Shown: positions 9,784 through 18,571 of the stretch, in pieces
How the letters are laid out: the number at the start of each line of letters is the position of its first letter
How positions within the stretch are numbered: the first letter of the stretch is position 1
From: a virus
Lineage: Duplodnaviria; Caudoviricetes
Strand: one strand, 5' to 3'
Length of the DNA stretch: 64,000 nucleotides
Virus record (IMG/VR): IMGVR_UViG_3300033068_001019
Span: 2,391 to 66,390 of that record
Program-made: the position numbers and the translations under genes
The notes under the pieces: generated by a model
The model's input: the letters and a program-made list of their open reading frames with translations, nothing else
Database searches by the model: none
Told to the model about the DNA's origin: nothing

Positions 9784-10281
9784 TTACTCCTGGTTTTCAG
9801 GCTGGCCGATCTTTCGGCACTTGCCGTTTTTGATGAAGCTGCGAACGATCTGGAGGGCTCGCTCGATCTGGGCCGTGGTGCAGACATCGAGCTGAGCGTC
9901 GTGGATTTCCATGCCGGATCGGATGGTCGTCATCTCCGGGCCGGTGAATAGAAAGCGGCCGGTTTTTGCGCCGCGTGTAGCCATGTCGTACAGGGCGTGT
10001 TGGGCCGTACGGATTTCCTGGTTGTATTCGGCACCAATGCCGAGTGCTGTGCCGTTGGCCAGTGCGTCGGCGGTATTGAATGCGCCGACCAAGACATCGA
10101 CATGGCGAATAGTTCCTTGTCCGCGGCGCAGCATGTCGAAGGCGTCGTGGCATCGGATCTTGAGCCTCGTCGTGTAGTCTTCCGGGAGAAGGCTCAGACT
10201 TTCCTTGACCCAATCCATCGTGTTGAGGATCAGGGTCTTGGCTGGCCGGTAGCGTTTCCGGGGTTTCTTGTTGCCGGGCAT
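9784..10281 (-). CDS. Hypothetical phage protein
   Basis: 165 aa with basic N-terminus KKPRKRYRP. Confidence 0.7.
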   Translation of the reverse strand: MPGNKKPRKRYRPAKTLILNTMDWVKESLSLLPEDYTTRLKIRCHDAFDMLRRGQGTIRHVDVLVGAFNTADALANGTALGIGAEYNQEIRTAQHALYDMATRGAKTGRFLFTGPEMTTIRSGMEIHDAQLDVCTTAQIERALQIVRSFIKNGKCRKIGQPENQE

Positions 10282-10282
10282 T

Positions 10283-10483
10283 TCAGCTCAGGATTTCGTG
10301 GAGCGCCTTGGCCAGGCACAACAAGGAGAAGATCAGGACTGCGGTAATGACGGCGTCCAGGCGCGGGGAATGGACTGGTTTCCAGTGCGCTTGGTAGTGC
10401 TCGGCAAGGCCGTCCTCCATCTTGCGGCGAACAGGGCAGTCGCGGCCTTGACGGCAGTTTCCGTATTCATCGCAGCAGTTCAT
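10283..10483 (-). CDS. Small Cys-rich membrane protein
   Basis: MNCCDEYGNCRQGRDCPVR plus a C-terminal hydrophobic helix. Confidence 0.7.
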   Translation of the reverse strand: MNCCDEYGNCRQGRDCPVRRKMEDGLAEHYQAHWKPVHSPRLDAVITAVLIFSLLCLAKALHEILS

Positions 10484-10495
10484 GATTTGTCTCCT

Positions 10496-10702
10496 CTACA
10501 GCTCAGTCATCTTGTAGGTAATCCACGCGACGTGGAATTTTTCTCGGACCAACTTGAAGTTGTTGGGGTGATTTACCAGGAAGGCGTAATTTTCTGGGGG
10601 GCGCAACTTTTTTGCTTCGGGCGTCTTAGACCACCTCTGATAGAAAAGCCCTCGGCGCTGTAGTTCCGTCCATTCCTTTTTGTTGGTGGGCAGTAAGCTC
10701 AT
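10496..10702 (-). CDS. Hypothetical protein
   Basis: 68-aa lower-GC ORF in operon. Confidence 0.55.
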   Translation of the reverse strand: MSLLPTNKKEWTELQRRGLFYQRWSKTPEAKKLRPPENYAFLVNHPNNFKLVREKFHVAWITYKMTEL

Positions 10703-10929
10703 AGTTCCCCCAATACTCGCTTTTCAGCGAGCCAGTACAGCCAGTCATTCCATTGAGCCAGAGCCTCGGGGTTGCCTCTCATCGCGTTGTGCCTACAGAC
10801 GCGCTTCAGAAAAATTGAATTGGGTCTGAGTGAAATGAATTTCGACCAGGCCCAGTGAGGTGCCTCGAAGCTCGGCTCAATGAACTTGGCTGGCGTTACA
10901 GGAGCACTTCCTGATTTGCTGTTACCCAT
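10699..10929 (-). CDS. Hypothetical protein
   Basis: Start MGNSKSG; overlaps the end of the ATPase gene. Confidence 0.45.
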   Translation of the reverse strand: MGNSKSGSAPVTPAKFIEPSFEAPHWAWSKFISLRPNSIFLKRVCRHNAMRGNPEALAQWNDWLYWLAEKRVLGEL

Positions 10930-11906
10930 TTGATGTAGTCCTTGTTTTGGGTCAGCGTGCGGTTGGCCATGGCCACCGAACGCATGAACAGGACCTGGAA
11001 CTCGATGGGCAGCCGTTCGACGTAGGTCAGCAGGCGGCCGAACGAATTCGGTGTGGCCTTCTTGTCCAGCATCGTGCAGACGGCGTACTTGGCCGCGGGC
11101 GATTCGGGCACCGGGGCGGTATCGGGTGCGACCAGGATCTCGTCGGCGGTTGGCAGCTCGGCCGCCAGCTTGCTGAAGGCCAAGTATTCGGCCGCGGCGC
11201 CTTCGCCGACCGTGCCCTTGATGAGCTCGTACTCGGTGTCGGCAGGCAGGTTGGAGCGGGCCACGTCGTCGACGAAGACCCAGGAGCGCGGCGTGGGGAA
11301 GGCGCGTTCGTTGGCCGACGGATCGAAGCTGTGCAGCAGATGCGGGCGGAACTTGATGAAAGCCCGGGTGACATCGGATACGCCCGTCTTGGTGGCCCAG
11401 TCGTACCAGTCGTCGACATCCACTTGGAAGTCGATGTGGACGAAGCGGTTGGCCAGGGCGCTCGGCATCGTGTGGACCACGGCGCGGTCGCCAGCGCGGT
11501 TGCCGGCCGCCAGCACAGCCCATCCGTCGGGAAGGGTGTATTCACCGATGCGGCGGTTCAGGATCAGCTGGTAGGCGGCTGCCTGGACGCTCTGCGTGGC
11601 GCTGTTCATCTCGTCGAGGAACAGGATGCCCTTGGATTTGGGGTCATGCGGCAGGAAGTCGGGCGGCACGAACGACATCTGGCGGGTCTTGCTGCGGCCG
11701 GTGCCGACTTCTTCGATGGTCGGGAAGCCCTTGAGGTCGACCGGGTCCATCAGGTTGAGGCGTACGTCGCGCAGTTCCAGACCGGCGTTCTCGGCGACGG
11801 TGCGGACGATGTCCGACTTGCCGGCGCCGGGGGGACCCCAGATGAATGCGGGGCGTTTGCGGCTGACGAGGTGGGTCAGCGAGTTGATGACTTGGGAGGG
11901 TTTCAC
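10896..11906 (-). CDS. MoxR-like AAA+ ATPase
   Basis: GPPGAGKS, ILFLDEMN, LAAGN, ALANRF. Confidence 0.92.
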   Translation of the reverse strand: MKPSQVINSLTHLVSRKRPAFIWGPPGAGKSDIVRTVAENAGLELRDVRLNLMDPVDLKGFPTIEEVGTGRSKTRQMSFVPPDFLPHDPKSKGILFLDEMNSATQSVQAAAYQLILNRRIGEYTLPDGWAVLAAGNRAGDRAVVHTMPSALANRFVHIDFQVDVDDWYDWATKTGVSDVTRAFIKFRPHLLHSFDPSANERAFPTPRSWVFVDDVARSNLPADTEYELIKGTVGEGAAAEYLAFSKLAAELPTADEILVAPDTAPVPESPAAKYAVCTMLDKKATPNSFGRLLTYVERLPIEFQVLFMRSVAMANRTLTQNKDYIKWVTANQEVLL

Positions 11907-11975
11907 GATGTTTCCTTTCGGTCTGTCCAGGAAAAGTTGAACGATAAACGAACTCAGGGCGAGTTCGTTGGGGGG

Positions 11976-12158
11976 TTAGCGGGGGGTCGCGTTCTTCACC
12001 TTGTGGTGGTCCGGGCCGGGGGTCACGACGTAGGAGCCGTCGCCTTCTTTATTGAGCTCGTCGCGCTTGACCTTGGCGGCTTTTTTGTCGCCGAAGAAGA
12101 GGTCGGCGACGATGCGGCCGGTGGTGGTGTTGCGCAGGGCAAAGAGTTTGAGCTTCAT
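11976..12158 (-). CDS. Hypothetical protein
   Basis: 60-aa ORF directly downstream of a sigma70-like promoter. Confidence 0.7.
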   Translation of the reverse strand: MKLKLFALRNTTTGRIVADLFFGDKKAAKVKRDELNKEGDGSYVVTPGPDHHKVKNATPR

Positions 12159-12191
12159 GATGATCCGCTTGGTTCGTTGAACGATGAACGA

Positions 12192-12219
12192 ATTGTAGGC
12201 CTGAAAACAGGCTTGTCTA
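12192..12219 (-). promoter_or_regulatory. Sigma70-like promoter followed immediately by an operator-like 18-mer
   Basis: TAGACA-16 nt-TACAAT on the minus strand, then TCGTTCATCGTTCAACGA (12174-12191). Confidence 0.65.
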
Positions 12220-12351
12220 GTCCTTACGTCCGTCGCTTATTTTGAATTCGATGTGGAGGTCGTTGATGGCGTCGGCTATGCGGTGCAGCGCGTGGATGAT
12301 GGCCACGGCGGCGATGCTGATGAAGAGAGTCAGGATCTCGATGCTGGTCAT
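12217..12351 (-). CDS. Small membrane protein
   Basis: 44 aa with an N-terminal hydrophobic helix; ATGA overlap. Confidence 0.55.
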   Translation of the reverse strand: MTSIEILTLFISIAAVAIIHALHRIADAINDLHIEFKISDGRKD

Positions 12352-12560
12352 GGTATGTCGTCTTCCTTGAAGTGCTTCTTCGGGAACTCGTGCCAGCCAT
12401 ACGCCAAGTCGACGCCTGCACGAGCGATGTGGTGATCGTCGAACTGGGCCAGCACGATCCCAGGCTTGTCGCTGTCTTGGATGAGCGCGTGCAGTCCGGG
12501 TTTGACGTTCCAGCCCGTTTTCGGGCCGGTGTAGGTGGCGCCCTTGATTTGCTGGGTCAT
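12348..12560 (-). CDS. Hypothetical protein
   Basis: Start MTQQIKG with ATGA overlaps. Confidence 0.65.
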   Translation of the reverse strand: MTQQIKGATYTGPKTGWNVKPGLHALIQDSDKPGIVLAQFDDHHIARAGVDLAYGWHEFPKKHFKEDDIP

Positions 12561-13075
12561 GGCCGGCTGTCCACGAATTCGGCCAGGTGCTGTACGTCGT
12601 CTTGCAACGCGCTGATCGCGGCGGCCAGCTTGCTGGAAGCGACCTTGATGCTGCGCAGCTTCTCGATCTCCTGTTCCTTCTCGGTGATGAGGCTGAAGAT
12701 CTGCGCATCGGTCATCTGGGTGGCGTCGACGCCCTGAATGAAGGTCTTGATCTCGATGGTCTTGTTGGTGTCGATCATGGTGGATTCCTTGATGAGGTTG
12801 GCGTAGTTGTTGAGGTCGTTGATCAGTTGCTGGCCGTGGGGGGTGATGAAGTAGTCCTCGTCGTCGTAGGGGTTGCGTTCGATCAGGCTGAGTTTGCACA
12901 AGCGAGTGAGGACAGAGTCGCCTTTCCGTTCCATGGTCAAGGCCATCTCTTTCAGAGACGCGCCTTTGATGAACAGTCGGGTCAAGGTGTCCTCCATCTC
13001 GAGGGTCCACGGCAAGCCGTGGTTCTCGCGGATCATCCTGTCAGTGCGGGCGAAGCTCGTGTCGTAGGGTGTCAT
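12557..13075 (-). CDS. Hypothetical protein, possible N-terminal HTH and C-terminal coiled coil
   Basis: WTLEMEDTL...SLKEMALTMERKGDSVLTRL resembles a Myb/HTH-like unit. Confidence 0.65.
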   Translation of the reverse strand: MTPYDTSFARTDRMIRENHGLPWTLEMEDTLTRLFIKGASLKEMALTMERKGDSVLTRLCKLSLIERNPYDDEDYFITPHGQQLINDLNNYANLIKESTMIDTNKTIEIKTFIQGVDATQMTDAQIFSLITEKEQEIEKLRSIKVASSKLAAAISALQDDVQHLAEFVDSRP

Positions 13076-15510
13076 ACCGTGGCTGCTTTCTTGGTGACGG
13101 CTTTTTTCGCGGCGGGTGCTGCGGGTTTGGCCGGTTTAGTTGGTGCGGTTGGCGGAGCGAAGTGCATGGCGGTGTAACCAGCGAACTTCGCCACGTCTTT
13201 CCAGGTGACTTTCATGCCCCGCACGCTCTTGCCACCGACCCACACCACTTCGAGGTGAATGCGGTGGTGCTTGAGCAGCGCGGTGAACTTGTTGGGAGAC
13301 TGGGGCACGCCGCCGATCGTGAAGTCGAACATCGTGCGCAGCTCTTCGCGGCTGATGTTGCACTGTCCGTTGGGGGCGGTGCGCAGCATCAGGGCCTTGA
13401 GGACCTCGGTGTAGTCGAGGACCTTGTTGTTCTGCAGCGTGTTGCGCTGGTGGCTGTTGTCGGTGGGCAGCTGTTCGAGGAAGAACTCGAAGGAACCCTC
13501 GAGCAGAGCCGAGCCGACGGTGTCGATCGAGGATTCGCTGATCGAGATCATCGTGTCGCGGTCGTCGGTGTGGATCACCTGGCCTGCCTTGTCGAAGTCG
13601 ACCGGCATGTTGGCCAGGTAGTCGTAGAACGGCTGCAGTTCTTTTTCGATCTGCTTGATCTCCTGGTCGGTGATGATGAGCTTGTTGGGTTGGTAGCGTC
13701 CGACGTTGAAGCGACGGTCCTCCTTGTCGATGGAGATCGGATCGGACATGTTGGACATGAAGATCCAGTTGGTGTAGTTGCGCACCTCGGTGGCGTTGGC
13801 GTACATCGCGCGGATGGCCACGGTCATCTCGGTGATGAAGTTCTTGAGCTTGGCCATGACGCCCCGCTCGTTTTGCAGCGCCTTGGTTTGGACCTCGTCG
13901 ACGAAGACCAAGAAGCTGCTCTCCATGAAGTGGTTGTACTTCTCGTTGAGTTCCTCCATGCGACGTGTGGCGGTGTGGGTGCCGAAGAGCGGACGCAGGA
14001 TGTTGTTGGTCAGGATGCCCTTGCCGGTGCCGTGCGTGCCGTGCAGCACCCAGGCGGTGCGGGTGCGGTCGCGCGACTGCACGATGGCGCCCAGCCAATT
14101 CACGAAGTGGATCAGCACGTCGGGGTCGTTGCCCAGGGCGTTGTCCATGACCTTGAGGATGGTCTTGGGGATGGCCTTGGGCATCTTGGTGCCGACGTTG
14201 AGCATGTACTGCGTGGGCTGGAACTTGTTGACGATGCGGTTGCTGGTGTCGACGCGGACCATGTCCTGTGGATCGAAGACCAGATCCCATTCCGGGACGA
14301 AGTCGCCCATGGGCACGCCGTACTGCTTGGCGAAGTGGCGCAGCTGGGTTTCGTTCTTGGCGGGCACGATGTCCAGGTTGTCGGTGGTCTGGTCGTAGGT
14401 GCCGCGCCAGTAGACGCCGGTCGTGCGGTCGCAGAAAGCGAGGTAGAGCAGGCCGCTGGAGCTGGTCCGCGTGGAAGAGCCGCTGCCGGTGAGCTGTTCC
14501 CAGTAGCTGGGCAACAGCTCTTTGGTCAGGTAGCTCGGCTCACCCTTGAAGTTGTGGATGTAGTCCGGTCTGTCCTCGGGGTGGTAATAGGCCCAGCTGT
14601 CGCCGCCGTTGAGGTTGAAGTAGACGAAGCCGCGCTCGGTCTTCATCTCGGTGATGATGGCCTCGTCCGGCTTGAGCATGACCTCGGTGCTGCCCACCAT
14701 CTTGGTGATGTGCTTGCGCTTGGGCAAGCCCAGACCTTCGCGTAGCTCGTCGACACGCTTGTGTGTCAACTCCTTGTTCTTGGTGGTGCTGTTGATGGTT
14801 CCAGCCAGACTGACCTTGTCGTGGCGCTTCTTGACCAGTTGGATGCGGGGCTGCTTGCCCATCGGGTCCTTGATGCCCTTGAGGGTCGGGGGCGCGATGT
14901 AGATCAGCTTGTCGTTCTGGCAGGCCGAGATGTCCAGCGGCCAGGAGATGGAGTTGCCAGTCTTGGTCAACCCCATGGCTTCGCGCAGGAGCGGTAGTTC
15001 GTGGTTTTTTTGGATCAGCCACTGTTTGAGCAGTGGGGCCGCGTACGGGCGATCGAGCAGCAAGAACACATGGGCTCGGATCTTGGAGTCGAGGATGCCG
15101 TACGACGCAGACCATTGGATCACGTAACTTACGTCACCCAAACCCATCTCCTGGAGGAAGAGGTCGATGGTTAGGGGGACGGACTGCGTGCTGCCTGATG
15201 GCAGCACCAGGTCGATCGTGTCGGGCAGGCCATCCAGATCCAGCACGATCCACTCGGTGACGGCGTTGCTGTCGGTGCTGCCAGCGCGTGACTCGCGCAC
15301 CAGTGGTCTGGCAATGGAGCCCTTCAGCAGGCAGTGGCCTTGGGCGGCGTGATCCTTGATCAGGGTCTCCAGCTGTTGCAGGCTGTTGCACGTCTCGTTG
15401 ATCGACGTGAACTCCCACGTCATGGGGTAAGGGGTCTTCACCACACCAGAGGAGGTCTTGGTGTAGGACTTGGTAAGGCGTTCAGACGCCTGCAGGAACT
15501 CGAGTTGCAT
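13072..15510 (-). CDS. Primase-helicase (AEP-like N-terminus, SF3/DUF5906 helicase)
   Basis: LDLDG and RAHVF primase motifs; HGTHGTGKG Walker A, VFVDE Walker B, DRRFNV. ATG at 15510 preferred over TTG at 15525. Confidence 0.9.
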   Translation of the reverse strand: MQLEFLQASERLTKSYTKTSSGVVKTPYPMTWEFTSINETCNSLQQLETLIKDHAAQGHCLLKGSIARPLVRESRAGSTDSNAVTEWIVLDLDGLPDTIDLVLPSGSTQSVPLTIDLFLQEMGLGDVSYVIQWSASYGILDSKIRAHVFLLLDRPYAAPLLKQWLIQKNHELPLLREAMGLTKTGNSISWPLDISACQNDKLIYIAPPTLKGIKDPMGKQPRIQLVKKRHDKVSLAGTINSTTKNKELTHKRVDELREGLGLPKRKHITKMVGSTEVMLKPDEAIITEMKTERGFVYFNLNGGDSWAYYHPEDRPDYIHNFKGEPSYLTKELLPSYWEQLTGSGSSTRTSSSGLLYLAFCDRTTGVYWRGTYDQTTDNLDIVPAKNETQLRHFAKQYGVPMGDFVPEWDLVFDPQDMVRVDTSNRIVNKFQPTQYMLNVGTKMPKAIPKTILKVMDNALGNDPDVLIHFVNWLGAIVQSRDRTRTAWVLHGTHGTGKGILTNNILRPLFGTHTATRRMEELNEKYNHFMESSFLVFVDEVQTKALQNERGVMAKLKNFITEMTVAIRAMYANATEVRNYTNWIFMSNMSDPISIDKEDRRFNVGRYQPNKLIITDQEIKQIEKELQPFYDYLANMPVDFDKAGQVIHTDDRDTMISISESSIDTVGSALLEGSFEFFLEQLPTDNSHQRNTLQNNKVLDYTEVLKALMLRTAPNGQCNISREELRTMFDFTIGGVPQSPNKFTALLKHHRIHLEVVWVGGKSVRGMKVTWKDVAKFAGYTAMHFAPPTAPTKPAKPAAPAAKKAVTKKAATV

Positions 15511-15559
15511 GATGACATCTTTCAACGATGAACGAACAACGGGTCGTATGGTACTCCTT

Positions 15560-15702
15560 CTTTTTCCTTTTTACTTCTCTCTTTAACCTTACATTCTTAC
15601 ATTCTTACACTAGAAAAGTTATAAATGAGATTAAGTAGAGAGAAGAGTAGTAAAAAGAAAAAAAGTATAAAGAGAAGTTAGAGTCGCGGTAAGAATGTAG
15701 GT
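15560..15702. other. Origin-like element A (CTTACATT iterons, AT-rich spacer, inverted iterons)
   Basis: CTTACATTCTTACATTCTTACA at 15588-15609, 79-nt AT-rich spacer, GTAAGAATGTAG at 15689-15700; lies upstream of the primase gene. Confidence 0.65.
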
Positions 15703-15803
15703 TCGTAGACCTACCCTTCGTCGCCCATACCCTCGGCCGTCCTAGTTCGAAGATGGACGAGGTCAAGAGCTGAGCCCTCGTCCTCGTCCTCGTCCGTCGT
15801 CGC

Positions 15804-17033
15804 TTACTCGAAGCGACCTTCTTCAGCACCCAGCACGTTGTAGTCGTGTTGGGCGCTTGCGTCGTCGTTCGCTTCGTCGAGCTTTTGCTGCTCGATGAGA
15901 TCAGCCAGGTCGTTCAGGCCAGGCTTCTTGCTTTGGCGCTGTTTGTCCAGGCGCACGCGTTCGGCAGCAGCAGCCGCGGCAGCAGCCTGCATGCTGGCAG
16001 CGCGTTCTGCCTGTTGATCAGCAGCCGTGATCTCTTCGCCATTGAGCGACCTGGCCACGGTGTCGCTGACGCGACCGACAGGCTTGCTCTCGTTGCGCGC
16101 AGTGATCCGGCGCGACACCGGGGTGTTGCGTGCCTCGTTGTCGCCACGGTTGGGCGTGTAGTTGTACATGAACTCTTCCAGACCGGCGTACCGGCTGCTG
16201 TCGAGCATCTTGCAGAACTCCTTGTCCCAGCCGTTGATGAGGCCTTTCAGCTTGCTGGCCTCGGCGATCTTGCCGGCGCGGTCGAGCTTGCTGTACTTGA
16301 TCGACTTCATGGCGGAGTCGACGCAGCGTTCGATCTTGCCACGCATGTTTTCGATGAGGCCGATTTGCGTGCGCAGTGACAGCTCATCGAACGTGCCCTC
16401 GTCGTTTCCGAACGACAGCAGCAGCCCGACGATGTCTTCGCCGTAGGTCTTCCAGATGTTGTCTTCCTGGGCCTGGGCGGCGATCCACTCGGCCTCGGTG
16501 AGACGCCATTCGGAGTTTTCGACCTTGGTCGCGTATTCGGCGTAGGTCTCGGTGTCGAAGTCGTCTTGCGGGTCGGCCAGCAGCATGACGCTGTTGCGCC
16601 AGCCGTCTTCGATGTCGCCTTCCGTGAATGCGACGCCACGCACCTTGAAGCCGGGGCGGATGCGCTTGATGCCGCCTTCATCGACCAGGTCTTGCAGGTC
16701 GAAGTTGAGCTTGTTCGCGTACAGCACCAGCTCGCGAAGGGTTATGAACATGTCCTTCTGCGCTTCCATGCCGGCGCTTTCCAGCAGCTCGTTGTTGAAG
16801 TCGCCGCAGCGCAGTTCTGCGAACATCTCATTGAAGGAGTCGATGTGCGACAGGCCGTGCTCGCTGCGGTTGTCGAACATCGCCTTTGTGCGGCTGACCA
16901 GGTACTGGCCTGCCAGTTTGGCCGCACGATAGGCCACGCTTCCGCGTAGCTTCAGCAGCGGGCTGACCCGGTACTGCGGGTCGAGGGTGTTGATGACATC
17001 TTCGATGGTCATGGTGTTGTGGCTTGCGTTCAT
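15804..17033 (-). CDS. Hypothetical early protein (409 aa)
   Basis: Long ORF with strong GC3 bias; start MNASHNT. Confidence 0.8.
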   Translation of the reverse strand: MNASHNTMTIEDVINTLDPQYRVSPLLKLRGSVAYRAAKLAGQYLVSRTKAMFDNRSEHGLSHIDSFNEMFAELRCGDFNNELLESAGMEAQKDMFITLRELVLYANKLNFDLQDLVDEGGIKRIRPGFKVRGVAFTEGDIEDGWRNSVMLLADPQDDFDTETYAEYATKVENSEWRLTEAEWIAAQAQEDNIWKTYGEDIVGLLLSFGNDEGTFDELSLRTQIGLIENMRGKIERCVDSAMKSIKYSKLDRAGKIAEASKLKGLINGWDKEFCKMLDSSRYAGLEEFMYNYTPNRGDNEARNTPVSRRITARNESKPVGRVSDTVARSLNGEEITAADQQAERAASMQAAAAAAAAERVRLDKQRQSKKPGLNDLADLIEQQKLDEANDDASAQHDYNVLGAEEGRFE

Positions 17034-17110
17034 GATCTTCTCCAGTGGTTTTTGCTTGATGAAGTCGGGATGACTTCGCGCTGGGCTGCTCGCAACCCAG
17101 CACGCTGGCA

Positions 17111-17308
17111 TCAGTAGGTGCGGTTGGGTTCCTTGCCGATGCTGTCGACCAGGCGTTTGGCGTTGGCCAGATCGAGGCCGTATTGCTTCTTCATGAACCT
17201 GACTGCGGTGACTTTTTTGTCGTCGCGGTTCAGATCCATGATGAGTTCATGCTCAGCTTCTGTAATGTCGAAGCTCTTGGGCATCATGTAGGTGATGGTC
17301 GGCATCAT
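17111..17308 (-). CDS. Small protein with ribosomal L7/L12 C-terminal-like motif
   Basis: KKVTAVRFMKKQYGLDLANAKRLVD matches the K-I-x-A-I-K...GLxLxEAKxLV pattern. Confidence 0.6.
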   Translation of the reverse strand: MMPTITYMMPKSFDITEAEHELIMDLNRDDKKVTAVRFMKKQYGLDLANAKRLVDSIGKEPNRTY

Positions 17309-17529
17309 TACTCCTTGGGGTCGGTGAGGCCTGCCATCAGCATCGCCTCGTGGTGGGGGTGTCCGTCGAGCCTGAGCTCTTCGTAGCGGTAGACCGGCTC
17401 GCAGTACGCTTCTTCCAGACGCTCGACGAGTGCGTCGTACTCGAGCGAGTTGGGTGAGACGCGCTCGCACGCGTCGATGACAGCGCGGTCGCGTGCTTCG
17501 GTGAGCAGCACGATGCTTCGCAAGTGCAT
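17308..17529 (-). CDS. Hypothetical protein
   Basis: Start MHLRSIV. Confidence 0.6.
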   Translation of the reverse strand: MHLRSIVLLTEARDRAVIDACERVSPNSLEYDALVERLEEAYCEPVYRYEELRLDGHPHHEAMLMAGLTDPKE

Positions 17530-17531
17530 GA

Positions 17532-17687
17532 CTATCTCCAGCGGTAGGTCCTGCTGATCTCGTGACCGCAGATGGTGTTGACGAGGTCGCCCGTGCGACC
17601 TTCCGAGTGCATGCGCGGAGTGCCGATTTCGAGGTAGCCTTCGCGGATGGCGAAGACCACTCGGGTGAACGGGCCCGATGCGTACAT
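17532..17687 (-). CDS. Hypothetical protein (51 aa, below the ORF-track cutoff)
   Basis: MYASGPFTRVVFAIREGYLEIG...RWR, GC3-biased, fills the gap exactly. Confidence 0.55.
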   Translation of the reverse strand: MYASGPFTRVVFAIREGYLEIGTPRMHSEGRTGDLVNTICGHEISRTYRWR

Positions 17688-17690
17688 GGC

Positions 17691-17885
17691 TCATTCCTCG
17701 ACGATGGTGACTTTGATCTTGCGCACCTTGCGCACCTTGCGCTGCTTGCGGTATGGGGACAGGCCCGGGTCGACTGGGTTGAAGTCGAGGTCGTCGTCGT
17801 CATCCTCGACCTCAACCCAGTCGATTTCGAGGACAGTTTCTTCGGCCAGCGAAGGTTCGTGGTGCAGCACGATGTGAACGCTCAT
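17691..17885 (-). CDS. Hypothetical acidic/basic protein
   Basis: Start MSVHIV with GGAG upstream. Confidence 0.6.
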   Translation of the reverse strand: MSVHIVLHHEPSLAEETVLEIDWVEVEDDDDDLDFNPVDPGLSPYRKQRKVRKVRKIKVTIVEE

Positions 17886-17973
17886 GGCGCTCTCCTTGAA
17901 AACGCAGGGCAGCACCGCGCCGCCCTGAACCAAACAAGCGGAACAGGCGGCGCGGCTCTGCCGCGACGAACGA

Positions 17974-18285
17974 CTAGCGCAGCTCTTCGACCTTGTAGGC
18001 CAGCACGCCGCGCTTGTATTTCTCGTCCGGGGTGATGTGCCCGAACCACATGCGCGCGAGCTTCACCGTGACGATGGAGCACACGAACGCGAACACGCCA
18101 GACATCGTTCCGATGAGCGTGCCCCAATGAATGGTGATGTTTGTTATGAGAAACATCACATGTAGTGATCTTTGTTTTGACAAAGATCCAAGCACCCGCA
18201 GCCGGGTTCGAACCGGCAGCATGGTGAGCAGAACGAACTCGAACAGGATGTTGAGCACGCCGAACAGAAGGACGGCGTCGATCAT
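17974..18285 (-). CDS. Membrane protein (about 3 hydrophobic segments)
   Basis: AAGGAGG RBS before MIDAVLLF. Confidence 0.75.
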   Translation of the reverse strand: MIDAVLLFGVLNILFEFVLLTMLPVRTRLRVLGSLSKQRSLHVMFLITNITIHWGTLIGTMSGVFAFVCSIVTVKLARMWFGHITPDEKYKRGVLAYKVEELR

Positions 18286-18337
18286 GGTTGACCTCCTTGG
18301 GTGGTGGGTTGGGTGGCGCGGCGAAGCACGACAAAGC

Positions 18338-18369
18338 ACGAAGCAACGAAGCGACGAAGCAACGAAGCA
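18338..18369. repeat. Tandem 8-mer ACGAAGC(A/G) x4
   Basis: Read directly; a degenerate x3 copy lies at 19889-19912. Confidence 0.85.
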
Positions 18370-18571
18370 ACGGCGCCCGGGTGGGGGCAGCTGCGTGGTG
18401 CCGCGCTCGTGCTGCGCGGTGCTCGGGGCGTCGACGCCGCACGCCGTGCCGGGTGGGCGTCGAGCCCTCGCCCATAAAGACCCGCCGCGTGGCCACGCAC
18501 GCAGCGCCAGGCACGAGGCCGAAGCCTCGCACCCGCCACGACGCAGCGCGCGCCGTGGGCTGCGCCAGCGC

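Noticed and set aside
15777-15800. CCTCGT x3-4 microsatellite
   Set aside because: Short GC-rich simple repeat with no second occurrence or evident role.
18200-18216. GGGTTCGAACC as a tRNA T-loop
   Set aside because: Lies in a CDS and no cloverleaf can be built; no tRNA genes were recognised anywhere in the window.
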